A stretch of 64,000 nucleotides of DNA from an uncultured virus (IMG/VR IMGVR_UViG_2724679570_000003). Taxonomy: Duplodnaviria > Heunggongvirae > Uroviricota > Caudoviricetes. The DNA is taken from the IMG/VR virus record IMGVR_UViG_2724679570_000003. The stretch is one strand, 5' to 3'. Position 1 is the stretch's first letter; each line of letters starts with the position of its first letter. The translations under genes were made by a program, and so were the position numbers. The notes under the pieces were generated by a model that did not search any database, was not told the origin of the DNA, and saw nothing but the letters and a program-made list of their open reading frames with translations. Shown in pieces: positions 41,905-52,420 of the stretch.

Positions 41905-42319
41905 ACAACTACTTTCCACCTTTCTTAAATTGCTTTATTTCATGTTTTAATTGTTCTATAATTTCTTTATCTGTATCATTTTTATAATTAGTTTTCTCTA
42001 TTAGTTCCATAGCTTGTACATCATTTATTTCTGATATGTGTTTTTTTATTATTTTTATGTACTTGTTTATATTCATTTAATTGCCCTCCTAGATTTTATA
42101 TAGCAGTAATAAGAGTATGCATAAACACCATTAACATACCTGTAATAATACCCATGAAGTATTCATCAAAGAATGTAGATTTGGTTGTTTTAGTAATTCT
42201 ATCACCTACAAAATAAATTATTCCAGTCATAAGTAAGCTTAATAAATATCTCATATGGATTCCTCCTTTCAGTTTTAATAAAAGTTGAGATTTATATCAT
42301 TATTATTAAATTATTTTAT

Positions 42320-42733
42320 ATTAATTTTTAATTTTATTAATACTCATATTCTCTGGTATATATTCACATACAAAATAAGGATAATAATCATCTGTATTTT
42401 CAGTTCCAATTGCTAATATTAATTTATTATTTTTTTATCATATATTTCTAAAATATCATTTGTTTCAAAGTCATCATCATTACTTTTCCTCATTTTACAT
42501 ATAACATCTATAGGTTTAAAAATGTTACTCACTTTTCTATCTGTAATTTCTAGCTCATTCATAACGCTCCTATATCCATCATCAGGGTCTTCACTAGCTA
42601 AATATTTAATACCATTTAATATAAAAATTATAAATTCTCTATCATCTATTCCACCAAGAATATCTTTATACTTTTCTGTACCATACTCGAATCCTGATAA
42701 TTTATGATTACCAACTAAATCTTTTAATTCCAT
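42320..42733 (-). pseudogene. hypothetical gene frameshifted in an A7 tract near 42435
   Basis: Coding-like LILAIGTENTDDYYPYFVCEY continues in another frame. Confidence 0.55.
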
Positions 42734-42950
42734 TTATAAAATCCTCCTTAAATTTTATATTAATATAAATTTATCATTTTAATCTAATTTTCCTTCTTTT
42801 CTTAACAAGTACCATTCGATTATAAAGCCACAAGTCATAAATCCAGTTAACCATATTATAAAATTAGGTGCTATATGATTTTTAGATATTGTAAGTCCAA
42901 ATACATTCCAAAGTATTATAAATAAAAAAATTAATAAATTCTTTTTAATT

Positions 42951-43157
42951 TTATTCATCAGCTATATAACACTCCTTTACCATATCGAACAAAAGCAAAG
43001 TACCATCTTCTTGCCAATCTCCACAATTTAAATATTTACAATAACCACATTCTTGCTTGTCCTTATTAGAATTGAATCTATACCATTTACAGGGTATTAA
43101 TTTATTATTTTTGTATATGTAACAATATTGGGTGTGTTTAGGTATCCATTTTTTCAT
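42951..43157 (-). CDS. Cys-rich small protein
   Basis: ORF track. Confidence 0.6.
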   Translation of the reverse strand: MKKWIPKHTQYCYIYKNNKLIPCKWYRFNSNKDKQECGYCKYLNCGDWQEDGTLLLFDMVKECYIADE

Positions 43158-43186
43158 TGCACGTTTTTTAATTTTTAATCACCTCC

Positions 43187-43543
43187 TTATATTTCCTCTA
43201 ACGTCACTTTCTTTAAGAATTTAAATCCCTCATGCTCTTTTTCTATTAATTCTATTAATGTATCTCCAAATAAACATCTAAGTCCTTCAAGAGAAAAATC
43301 ATTTAAGTTTAACAAATCCATATGTTTTCCATCAGAAAGAGTAACCACTACAAATTTTAATTGCTCATCATATTTGTCGTCATTAAATACTAATACATCT
43401 TTTGGGAATATATATCTTGTTAATGGATTAATACTGATATTAGTATTGCCTACCCCACCACGAATTTTATTTGCGTCAGCTCCATAAGTTAAATTAAAAC
43501 ATGTTGCTGATTGGTTTACATAAACAGAATTTTCCTTTATCAT
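43187..43543 (-). CDS. hypothetical protein
   Basis: ORF track. Confidence 0.65.
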   Translation of the reverse strand: MIKENSVYVNQSATCFNLTYGADANKIRGGVGNTNISINPLTRYIFPKDVLVFNDDKYDEQLKFVVVTLSDGKHMDLLNLNDFSLEGLRCLFGDTLIELIEKEHEGFKFLKKVTLEEI

Positions 43544-43631
43544 TTCTTTGCCCCCATTTCTGAAACCTTTCTTTTATTTTATGAGTATCATTCATCCTTT
43601 TTATAATCTCCCCTTTATCAAATTATTTTAG

Positions 43632-43724
43632 ATAAAATACTGATTTTATAACATTTTTATCCTTGAAAAATGTAGCATGAGTGAGTATTTGGAAGTATTT
43701 AAGAGCAAAATTCAGTATTTTTAT
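43632..43724. repeat. 93-bp element bounded by inverted ataaaatactga copies; related copy at 50622-50700
   Basis: Shared gattttata.catttttat.cttgaaaaa..tag...a.tgagtatt core. Confidence 0.65.
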
Positions 43725-43816
43725 TAATAATAACTATAAGCAAGAGAGAAAGATTATAAATTAAAGTATGAGGTCTTTTGTTATGATATTAAGTTTTGTG
43801 ATTTCTCTCTTGTATA

Positions 43817-44103
43817 TTATAATATTTTTGTATTGTGTAGTAAAATTACTATATTGTCGGATTTGTTATAGCCATCCAAAACTTGGGTTGTCTACGACTA
43901 TATTTAAAAACTTCTTCATTTACATCAAAATAATAAAACCCCTCTTTTTCAAAAATAGTATCACCATCAGAATATTTGAAATAATTTTGAAGACTATAAG
44001 TTTCATTTTTTATGTCCAAGCACACCAAATATTCTTTTTCATGTATCAATTTATTTTTAATATTATCCCAATTCATTATTTTCTCTCCTTCATAATAAAT
44101 TCA
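43817..44103. repeat. 287-bp duplicated gene cassette, copy 1
   Basis: Near-identical to 56428-56714. Confidence 0.9.
43849..44076 (-). CDS. hypothetical protein (paralog of 56460-56687)
   Basis: Near-identical translation. Confidence 0.75.
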   Translation of the reverse strand: MNWDNIKNKLIHEKEYLVCLDIKNETYSLQNYFKYSDGDTIFEKEGFYYFDVNEEVFKYSRRQPKFWMAITNPTI

Positions 44104-44112
44104 TTTTGTGAA

Positions 44113-44505
44113 CTAATACATCACCATCTCAAATCTATATTTTTGTTGTACATCTGGATATTTTTTATGGTCTACCTCACTTGCAAACATATTTAAAGGT
44201 CTTGCATATGGGAATTTTGAACAATCATATAGTGATTTATATATTATTAAAGCTTCATCACTATCTTTAGGATTATGATAATACTGTCCTTCTTTTTCAA
44301 ACAATGTTATTGTAGTTTCTCTTTCTGTTAACTTGACAGTGAAAATATTAACTCCAACTGTTTTAAATAAATCATTAAGTACAGAATCATAATCTCTTAA
44401 TGGTTTGCTTAAAAACATTGTTACATACGTATAATTATTTAATACCCCATCTTTAGAATGTTTAAAATGTCTATATATTGCAGGGCATACTATTTCTCTA
44501 TTCAT
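44113..44505 (-). CDS. DUF1653-like protein
   Basis: [40 protein letters not shown]. Confidence 0.75.
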   Translation of the reverse strand: MNREIVCPAIYRHFKHSKDGVLNNYTYVTMFLSKPLRDYDSVLNDLFKTVGVNIFTVKLTERETTITLFEKEGQYYHNPKDSDEALIIYKSLYDCSKFPYARPLNMFASEVDHKKYPDVQQKYRFEMVMY

Positions 44506-44548
44506 ATTAGGATTCTCCTTTCATGTTACGATATATTTAAGATGTCAA

Positions 44549-44854
44549 TTATTTAACGGTTGTGAATTCTATTCTTGTAGCAAAATCTACACCAAAAGGT
44601 TTTTTACACTTTTCACAATCCATTGAAAACTCACCTTCCATATCTCCTACCTCTATATAATCAAGACCATCATGTTCATGCTTACAATAAGGACATTTTA
44701 TCTTCTCATTTTCTTTAAATATTATATCAAAGTCTTTATCTTTGAGGTTATTCAGTATTTCTATATCTTCTTCAGTCCACCCATTTTCTTCTAATAACTC
44801 TGCATTTAATAAATTTTCTACAGCTTCTTTTATTAATTCTACTTCTTTATTCAT
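44549..44854 (-). CDS. zinc-ribbon protein
   Basis: CPYC..CEKC. Confidence 0.65.
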   Translation of the reverse strand: MNKEVELIKEAVENLLNAELLEENGWTEEDIEILNNLKDKDFDIIFKENEKIKCPYCKHEHDGLDYIEVGDMEGEFSMDCEKCKKPFGVDFATRIEFTTVK

Positions 44855-44901
44855 TAAATTTACCCCTTTCTATATAATAATTTTATATGGTATTATACAC
44901 T

Positions 44902-45147
44902 CTACCACTTCAAAATCTTTTTTACATATGTTATTCCTGCTTTTAAAGAATCTTCAATATGGTTAAAGGATTCCTCGTAAATTGACTCTCCATCTTCCAA
45001 TCTTATTACATAAACAGTATAAGTAGTTGGTGGCATTAAACCCTTTTTTATTTCTTCTTCATATCCATTTTGATATTGATCTACAACTGTATATTCTATT
45101 GCGTATCCCTTTTTAGATATTTCTTCAATTTTTTTTAATATATCCAT
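44902..45147 (-). CDS. hypothetical protein
   Basis: GAGGAGG RBS. Confidence 0.7.
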   Translation of the reverse strand: MDILKKIEEISKKGYAIEYTVVDQYQNGYEEEIKKGLMPPTTYTVYVIRLEDGESIYEESFNHIEDSLKAGITYVKKILKW

Positions 45148-45245
45148 AATTACCTCCTCGGGTTATATTTCCTCTACTTAACCATCTAAAACCCCATCAT
45201 AATATGAAATATCATTCTTTTTCATCCATGTGCATTTTATACTTT

Positions 45246-46109
45246 TTAATCAAATTTTTTAATTAGCATTCTATACAAGCAGTCTGTTAAGAATACTAAG
45301 CTCATCATGCTTTTGTTATTTATTAAATCTAATCTGTCTCCATGAAGAACATGTCTTGTTACAAATGTAGGACTTTTTGATGTAGATTTGTATATATAGC
45401 ATGTACCTTTTTCATTAAAAAATGTTGAATATAATTTTTCTAATTCTTTACTTTCTTTATATTTAAAACAATTTTCTGATAATACTTTGGTAATATTGTT
45501 AATAATCTTCCATTCGCCTATAGGCTTGTTTGTATTGAATCCTGATTCTCTTATTTTATATTCCATTAAAGTAAATAAGTTGAGAGTAGTGGAATATATC
45601 TTGTTTTGCATAAAATTTGTTTTTATTTCTTTTATAAAATCACGAATACAATCTGTATGTTCTTCATCTATCCAATTATCCATAGCTTTAATATAATATT
45701 CTTTAATATCTGAACTATTTACAACATTATTAATGTCAATTTTATTTACATATTCCTCATAGAATTCTATAATTTGATCTTCCATCATATCATCTAAAAA
45801 ATAAAATATTGGAGGAAATACTCCTTCTGTTATAAATTTATCTGAAAATATAGGATTCATTTCTAAGAACATAGTAGCAAAATATATATTTTTCTTTTTC
45901 TTATTGCTCAATTCTTTGATAATTGGTTTTAGTTCTTTAAAAAAGAAAGCATTAATTTTATATATTTCTTTGGATATAGGTATAATAGCTTCAGAAATAA
46001 TATTTTTGAAATTTACAAGTTGACTAAATTTTTTTCCTAAATCTTTACTTATTTCTTGTAATTCACATTGTGATTTTGAAAAAACACTAACATTAGTTTC
46101 CTTATTCAT
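45246..46109 (-). CDS. hypothetical protein with C-terminal R-x4-H (HEPN-like) motif
   Basis: TRHVLHG near C-terminus; own promoter at 46179-46207. Confidence 0.55.
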   Translation of the reverse strand: MNKETNVSVFSKSQCELQEISKDLGKKFSQLVNFKNIISEAIIPISKEIYKINAFFFKELKPIIKELSNKKKKNIYFATMFLEMNPIFSDKFITEGVFPPIFYFLDDMMEDQIIEFYEEYVNKIDINNVVNSSDIKEYYIKAMDNWIDEEHTDCIRDFIKEIKTNFMQNKIYSTTLNLFTLMEYKIRESGFNTNKPIGEWKIINNITKVLSENCFKYKESKELEKLYSTFFNEKGTCYIYKSTSKSPTFVTRHVLHGDRLDLINNKSMMSLVFLTDCLYRMLIKKFD

Positions 46110-46178
46110 AAAAACAACTACCTCCTAGAATATAATATCATAAATAAAGAATAATTTTAATGAGGTTAATTTATTTTT

Positions 46179-46207
46179 ATTTTATCAAATTGTTTTATGT
46201 TTGTCAA
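46179..46207 (-). promoter_or_regulatory. promoter with TAAAACAATTT box
   Basis: TTGACA-17-TAAAAT. Confidence 0.65.
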
Positions 46208-46223
46208 ATAAATAATTAATAAG

Positions 46224-48548
46224 CTATTCTCTTATTTTCATTTTAATTATTTTATCCTTCTTTTGTCTAGTATTATATATAAAATTACCTTGGTTAGCTC
46301 TTTTCATAGTTAAATAATCTTTCCACGACTTTTCTGTGTTTGTTGCCACATCATCAAGCATGTAGTCAATTTCCTTGCCTTTTTCACTATATATAGTGAA
46401 ATTATCTTCTTTGCAATCAATAATAGCACCTATGACCTTATTATCCTCTTTTAATCTAATGCCTACTACACCTTTTGTATCTCTTGATTTTGTAGGTCTT
46501 ATTCCAGACTTTTTAGTATTAACTATTAATGCTTTGCCTTCATCAGTTAATAAGAATATATCAACATCTTCTGTAACTACTTTAATATCTATTAATGGAC
46601 TTTCTGTATTATAAGCATCCATAGGCACTTGTCTGTTAGTTTTACATTTATATTTTATTAAGCCTGTTGATCCAATATTTCCGTTTTGAAATACAGTAAG
46701 AACTTGTCCTTTATAATCTTTTGTAGTTGCAATATGTATTATTTTTTCATTTTTTTGTAAATGTTCCCCTAGCCAATTAGGAATAAATGTACCATATGCT
46801 GATGGTTGCCATTCATCTAAATCATAAGTTTTACGTATTAATACATTTCCCTTATTAGTGAATAAAAGAATGTCTGTTTTATTTGTAGTTTGGAACATTT
46901 GTATAATTTCATCTTGTTCTTTTAATTTTTGTGATTCTGAATATTTAAGATTCTTTTTTAAGTAACCATCTTTAGTTAATACTAATGTTACAGTATTGTC
47001 TTCGATAAGGTTTTCTTGAGTTATCTCTTGAATATTGTCTTTGTAAACTAATTTAGTTCTTCTTTCATCTCCATATTTATCTCTTATTTCTATAAGTTCT
47101 TGTTTTAACACTTCTAGTAATTTATTTTCATTGTTGAGTATGCTATTTAAATAAACCACTGTATTTGTTAATGTTTTATATTCATCTTCTATTGTTGCTA
47201 TTTCAAGTCCTGTTAATCTTTGTAGTTTTAATTCTAATATTGAATTTGCTTGAATTTCATCTATTTTTAATTCATTAATTAATTTATCTTTGGCTTCAAT
47301 TTTACTTTTAGAGTTTTTAATTAATTTAATAGTTTTGTCAATATCTGATATAGAAATTTTTAATCCTTCTAATATATGAAGCCTTTTTAATGATTTATCT
47401 AATTCAAATTGTGTCCTGCGTGTCAAAACTTCTTTTTGATGTTCTATGTAATACTGTAATATTTTTTTAAGATTTAAATGTTCTAATAGCTGATTTGTGC
47501 CATATATAGTAGTAAAATTAGCATTATAATTACTTTGTAAATTTGAATATTTAAATAATAAGGGCAAAATTTTATTAGGATTTGTATTTTTCTTTAATTT
47601 TATATTTATTCTCATGCCATTTCTATCAGATTCATCTACTATTTCATTTATACCAGATATTTTGGCTTTTACGGTAACTTCTTCTTTTTTATTTCCACGT
47701 ATAATGGTTTTTGTTGTATCATTAGATAACATAAAAAGATTTTCTAATAATTGTGATTTGTTAACTTGGTATGGTATTTCTGTAAAAATTATATTTTTAT
47801 TTTTATTGCTTTCTTCAATATGATATTTAGCTCTCATAATAATTTTACCATATCCATTTGTATATACATTAATCATATTTTGAGGATTTATTATTTCTCC
47901 TCCCGTAGGAAAGTCAGGTGCTTTTAAAATTTTAATTAACTCCTTAATTTCACAATTAGGATTGTTTATTTGATAAATAACAGTATTTATGGTTTCTGAT
48001 AAATTATGAGGTGGAATTGCAGTAGCAACACCAACAGCTATACCTTCAGCTCCATTTACCAAAAGGTTAGGAAATCTTGATGGAAGTATTGAAGGTTCTT
48101 TTTCTTCACCATCAAAGTTAGGAATAAAATCAACTGTATTTTTATTTATATCTTTTAATAAATCTAAGGTAATCTTTTTCATTTTTGCTTCTGTATATCT
48201 ATACGCTGCCGCTGAATCTCCATCTATACTTCCCCAGTTTCCATGTCCATCTATTAAAGGATGCCTTAAACTAAAATCTTGAGCCATTCTAACCATAGAA
48301 TCATATACTGAAGAGTCTCCATGTGGATGATATTTACCAAGAACATCTCCTACTATTCTAGCAGATTTTCTATATCCTTTTTCAGGAGTTATACCTAATT
48401 CATACATAGAAAAAATTATTCTTCTGTGTACCCATTTTAGACCATCTCTCACATCTGGTAATGCACGACCCATAATTACACTCATAGCATAATCTAGATA
48501 TTTTGTTTTCATCACTTCTGATATATTAATTTGTTTAATATTACTCAT
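46224..48548 (-). CDS. gyrA: type IIA topoisomerase subunit A
   Basis: [25 protein letters not shown] catalytic Tyr. Confidence 0.92.
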   Translation of the reverse strand: MSNIKQINISEVMKTKYLDYAMSVIMGRALPDVRDGLKWVHRRIIFSMYELGITPEKGYRKSARIVGDVLGKYHPHGDSSVYDSMVRMAQDFSLRHPLIDGHGNWGSIDGDSAAAYRYTEAKMKKITLDLLKDINKNTVDFIPNFDGEEKEPSILPSRFPNLLVNGAEGIAVGVATAIPPHNLSETINTVIYQINNPNCEIKELIKILKAPDFPTGGEIINPQNMINVYTNGYGKIIMRAKYHIEESNKNKNIIFTEIPYQVNKSQLLENLFMLSNDTTKTIIRGNKKEEVTVKAKISGINEIVDESDRNGMRINIKLKKNTNPNKILPLLFKYSNLQSNYNANFTTIYGTNQLLEHLNLKKILQYYIEHQKEVLTRRTQFELDKSLKRLHILEGLKISISDIDKTIKLIKNSKSKIEAKDKLINELKIDEIQANSILELKLQRLTGLEIATIEDEYKTLTNTVVYLNSILNNENKLLEVLKQELIEIRDKYGDERRTKLVYKDNIQEITQENLIEDNTVTLVLTKDGYLKKNLKYSESQKLKEQDEIIQMFQTTNKTDILLFTNKGNVLIRKTYDLDEWQPSAYGTFIPNWLGEHLQKNEKIIHIATTKDYKGQVLTVFQNGNIGSTGLIKYKCKTNRQVPMDAYNTESPLIDIKVVTEDVDIFLLTDEGKALIVNTKKSGIRPTKSRDTKGVVGIRLKEDNKVIGAIIDCKEDNFTIYSEKGKEIDYMLDDVATNTEKSWKDYLTMKRANQGNFIYNTRQKKDKIIKMKIRE

Positions 48549-48566
48549 TGTTATGCTCCCCTTTTT

Positions 48567-50486
48567 TTATATATCTAAACTTGTTCTTATTTTAGAATTA
48601 CTTTTTATAAATTCTTTTCTTGGTGTTACTTTATCTCCCATTAACAACGTTATAGTTTTCTCTGCTTCAATAGCATCTTCCATAGTTACTTGTAATAATG
48701 TTCTAGTTTCAGGATTTAAAGTGGTTTCCCATAACTGCTCAGGGTCTTGTTCTCCTAAGCCCTTATATCGTTGTATATCTATATTTTCATCTTTGTGTTG
48801 TGAAATAAAGTTTAACTGTTCATTTTCTGAATAAGTATAATAATGTTCTTTATTTATAGTGTTTCTATATAATGGTGGTACACAAAAATATACATGACCT
48901 TTTTCAATTAGAGGTCTCATATATCTATAAATATAAGTTAACCACAATGTACCTATATGATTTCCATCACTGTCAGCATCTTGCATTAATAGTATAGAAA
49001 AATATTCTAACTTGGTAATATTAAATTCTTCCCCCATGCCAGTTCCAATTGCAGATGAAAAAATAGCTAATTCTTCACTTTGTATTACTTTTTGTTCTTT
49101 TTGCTTTTCAACATTCATTATTTTGCCTTTGGAACTCATTATAGTTTGAAATCGTCTATCTCTAGCTTGTTTTGCACTTCCACCCGCTGAATCTCCTTCA
49201 ACTACGATAAATTCTTTTTCTGTTTTATCTTTACTTGTACATAAAGCAACTTTATTAGGAGGTATTAGTGTATTAGAATTATTTTTCTTTTTCCTTGTAG
49301 TTTCTTTTGCTTTCTTTGAAGCTAATCTTGATTGTTGAGATAATAAAATTTTATTTATAATTTCTTCTGCAATTTCTTTATTTTCAATTAAAAATACTTC
49401 CATATATTCTTTTATTGTGTTTGAAATTATACTTTGCACATATGTATTTCCTAATTTGGTTTTTGTTTGACCTTCAAACTCAGGTTCGGGTATCTTAACA
49501 GATATTATAGATGTTATTCCTTCTTTTATATCTTCTTTTTGAAAATTTTCGTCTTTTGCTTTTAAATGTCCATTATTTCTAGCATATTCGTTTAATATTT
49601 TTGTTAATCCATTATAAAAACCATTAACATGATAACCACCTTCTGTAGTATTTATATTATTAACAAAAGAATATAAATTTTCATTATAATTATTAGTATA
49701 TTGAAAAGCAATTTCCATTTGGCAATTATCTAATTCTTTTTCAATATAAATTATTTTACTTTGAATAGGTGTTTTATTTTCATTAATGAATTTAACAAAT
49801 TCCTTTAAACCACCTTCATAATGATAAGTTTGCAATTGTTCTTTGTTCATTCTTTTATCTTCAAATATAATAGTAATTTTTTTATTTAAAAGAGCAAGTT
49901 CTTTTAACCTTTTTGATAATGTATTATAATTAAATTCTGTTTCACTAAATATTTCATCATCTGGTTTAAATGTTATTATAGTACCAGTTTTATCACTTTT
50001 ACCAATAATACTAACCTCATCAATTTTTTTACCTTTTGAATAATGTTGTTGATATATTTTACCATCTCTATGTACTGTTGCTTCAAATTCAATAGATAAA
50101 GCATTTACAACAGAACTTCCTACCCCATGAAGTCCTCCTGAAGTTTTGTAACCTCCTTGACCAAACTTTCCACCTGCGTGTAATGTAGCTAAAACTACTT
50201 CTAATGTAGGAATACCCATTTTAGGATGTATTCCACAAGGAATTCCTCTCCCATTATCTTTTACTGTAACTGAATTGTTTTCATTTATAATTACATTAAT
50301 AGTATCACAAGAACCATTAACAGCTTCATCAATTGCATTATCTACTATTTCATAGACACAATGATGTAATCCATTTTTACCTGTGCTTCCAATATACATC
50401 CCTGGTCTTTTTCTAACTGCTTCTAAGCCTTCTAAAACACTAATACTATTTTCATCATATGTATTATTCTTTATTTCTTCTGTCAT
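48567..50486 (-). CDS. gyrB: type IIA topoisomerase subunit B
   Basis: LEAVRKRPGMYIG, GGLHGVG, VEGDSAGG, DADSDG, RYKGLGE. Confidence 0.95.
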   Translation of the reverse strand: MTEEIKNNTYDENSISVLEGLEAVRKRPGMYIGSTGKNGLHHCVYEIVDNAIDEAVNGSCDTINVIINENNSVTVKDNGRGIPCGIHPKMGIPTLEVVLATLHAGGKFGQGGYKTSGGLHGVGSSVVNALSIEFEATVHRDGKIYQQHYSKGKKIDEVSIIGKSDKTGTIITFKPDDEIFSETEFNYNTLSKRLKELALLNKKITIIFEDKRMNKEQLQTYHYEGGLKEFVKFINENKTPIQSKIIYIEKELDNCQMEIAFQYTNNYNENLYSFVNNINTTEGGYHVNGFYNGLTKILNEYARNNGHLKAKDENFQKEDIKEGITSIISVKIPEPEFEGQTKTKLGNTYVQSIISNTIKEYMEVFLIENKEIAEEIINKILLSQQSRLASKKAKETTRKKKNNSNTLIPPNKVALCTSKDKTEKEFIVVEGDSAGGSAKQARDRRFQTIMSSKGKIMNVEKQKEQKVIQSEELAIFSSAIGTGMGEEFNITKLEYFSILLMQDADSDGNHIGTLWLTYIYRYMRPLIEKGHVYFCVPPLYRNTINKEHYYTYSENEQLNFISQHKDENIDIQRYKGLGEQDPEQLWETTLNPETRTLLQVTMEDAIEAEKTITLLMGDKVTPRKEFIKSNSKIRTSLDI

Positions 50487-50563
50487 AAAATTTTCCCCTC
50501 TCTGCTATTTATTAAATTGTTTTAAATTATAAAATATAGGAATAAGAACAAATTACAATTTTA

Positions 50564-50592
50564 ATTATATCCTCATTCCTATATTTTGTCAA
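50564..50592 (-). promoter_or_regulatory. consensus promoter for gyrBA
   Basis: TTGACA-17-TATAAT. Confidence 0.75.
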
Positions 50593-50711
50593 GTTATTTT
50601 ATTAAATTATTTTATATTGCTTTAAAATGCCGATTTTATATCATTTTTATACTTGAAAAACATAGTATAAATGAGTATTCAAGAGTAAATAAGAGATGAT
50701 TTTTGATTATT

Positions 50712-51674
50712 TTAAGACTTTAGATTAAATATCTCATTTATTACTTTATTTCTAAACTCATCACTTATTGGACTTCCAGCAGCATTAGGATGTCCTCCAC
50801 CTTCGAATATTTCAGCTACATCTTTTCCTAAGTCTACCTTGTTACCTATGTTTCTATAGCTAATTGCCTTACTCATATTTATAATAACTATAAAATCTAA
50901 TTCGGGATGTGTTTCAGATAATCTATTTCCAACTTCTGAATGATATTGCTCTCCAAATATAATACCTGCTTTATATCCTAATATATCTTTAACTATTAAT
51001 TCTTTATCTTTAGATTTTATATAATTATCAATTTCTCTTTGTTTATATTTTAATAATTGCAGATCAAAATCACTAAATCCAAAAATATCATAGTGGGTTA
51101 ATCTATATAGTATACTTTCTATAAAATCTTCTCTACCCATTATATAAAATAAATCATTCCACTGTTTAGGAATTAAATAATTTTCTTCTTTCCATTGCCA
51201 TATATCATATTTTCTAACAATTTCAACAAATGTCTCTATATTAGTATATTGATTATATACTACTGCATGTGAATCTAAGTATCTATTTTCTTTTAAATAG
51301 TCATAAAACATTCTAGTTCCAGAAGTTTTTTCTTTATCATTTAAATTTATTTGAACTTTCGCCCAATCATACTTGTTTAGTTCTAATGCTGTTGGATGAT
51401 GGTCAAGTAATTGAATATCAGGATTATAAGTTTCATCTATGTAATACTGTTTTATTATCGTAGCTATTTTTTCATTTACAGATATATCTGTTATAAATAT
51501 TTTATCATATTCATTCTTTTCTGCTCCCATATAAAATTCTTTAACCTTTTCATTAACATCATCATAATTACAATATTCAATGTTTATATTATCTTTTCCA
51601 TAAGCTAAAATTCCTAAAATAGCACAACCTATTCCATCTAAATCTGTATGAGTAAATAATTTTATTTTTTTCAT
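50712..51674 (-). CDS. DHH/DHHA1 phosphoesterase (oligoribonuclease-like)
   Basis: HTDLDG, ITD, LDHH, GGGHPNAAG. Confidence 0.88.
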   Translation of the reverse strand: MKKIKLFTHTDLDGIGCAILGILAYGKDNINIEYCNYDDVNEKVKEFYMGAEKNEYDKIFITDISVNEKIATIIKQYYIDETYNPDIQLLDHHPTALELNKYDWAKVQINLNDKEKTSGTRMFYDYLKENRYLDSHAVVYNQYTNIETFVEIVRKYDIWQWKEENYLIPKQWNDLFYIMGREDFIESILYRLTHYDIFGFSDFDLQLLKYKQREIDNYIKSKDKELIVKDILGYKAGIIFGEQYHSEVGNRLSETHPELDFIVIINMSKAISYRNIGNKVDLGKDVAEIFEGGGHPNAAGSPISDEFRNKVINEIFNLKS

Positions 51675-51698
51675 ATAGATTACCTCCATTAAATTTAT

Positions 51699-52151
51699 TT
51701 ATATTCTGTTTTTTACAATTTTAAAAGGTATATGTTTATTTTCCTTCTCATAGATGCTCAATTGTATTGTATTAACTTTAGTACCTTCTATGAAGTCCCA
51801 ATCCCTATGCACTTTACAATATTTTTCTGCTTTGTTTTTTATTGTTACAGGAAATATTTCTATAACTTTATTCTTTATTTTATAAATATAATATATATGT
51901 TCTGCATTTTGCAGTAAGTTTATCTCATCCTCTTCAAACATATAATCTCCATCTAAGTTATAAGAATTTACATCATTACTACCTCTTGATAGTCTGGTAA
52001 TTACATGTTGCCCTATTGAATTATTATTAAATTGAGATATTTCCATAAATGCTTGAGGATATATTTGCTGTTTTCTTAGTTTCTTTTTCAATATATTAAA
52101 ATTAATTTCTACATTGTCACCTATATTAAATTTTGGTTTTGTTGATTTCAT
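51699..52151 (-). CDS. hypothetical protein
   Basis: ORF track, RBS. Confidence 0.65.
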   Translation of the reverse strand: MKSTKPKFNIGDNVEINFNILKKKLRKQQIYPQAFMEISQFNNNSIGQHVITRLSRGSNDVNSYNLDGDYMFEEDEINLLQNAEHIYYIYKIKNKVIEIFPVTIKNKAEKYCKVHRDWDFIEGTKVNTIQLSIYEKENKHIPFKIVKNRI

Positions 52152-52308
52152 TATATTATCTCCTTTCTATTTCTATATAAATATTCATTTGTTTTTCATG
52201 TATATATATTTATTAAATGGTTATTATAATAAATATAAATGGAATTATCAATAAGTATATTTTCATAAGAAAAATATACAATTATTGAACATTTAAACAC
52301 ATTTTTTC

Positions 52309-52347
52309 AAAATAAGAGTGGAAATAAATTTTTCTACTCTTATTTTG
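52309..52347. terminator. hairpin/terminator
   Basis: aaaataagagt...actcttatttt. Confidence 0.55.
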
Positions 52348-52420
52348 ATTTTTTGCTATAAAAAAGTCTTTTATTATTAAATTATTTTGTATTGTTGTAA
52401 AAGCAATATTTCATTTCATT

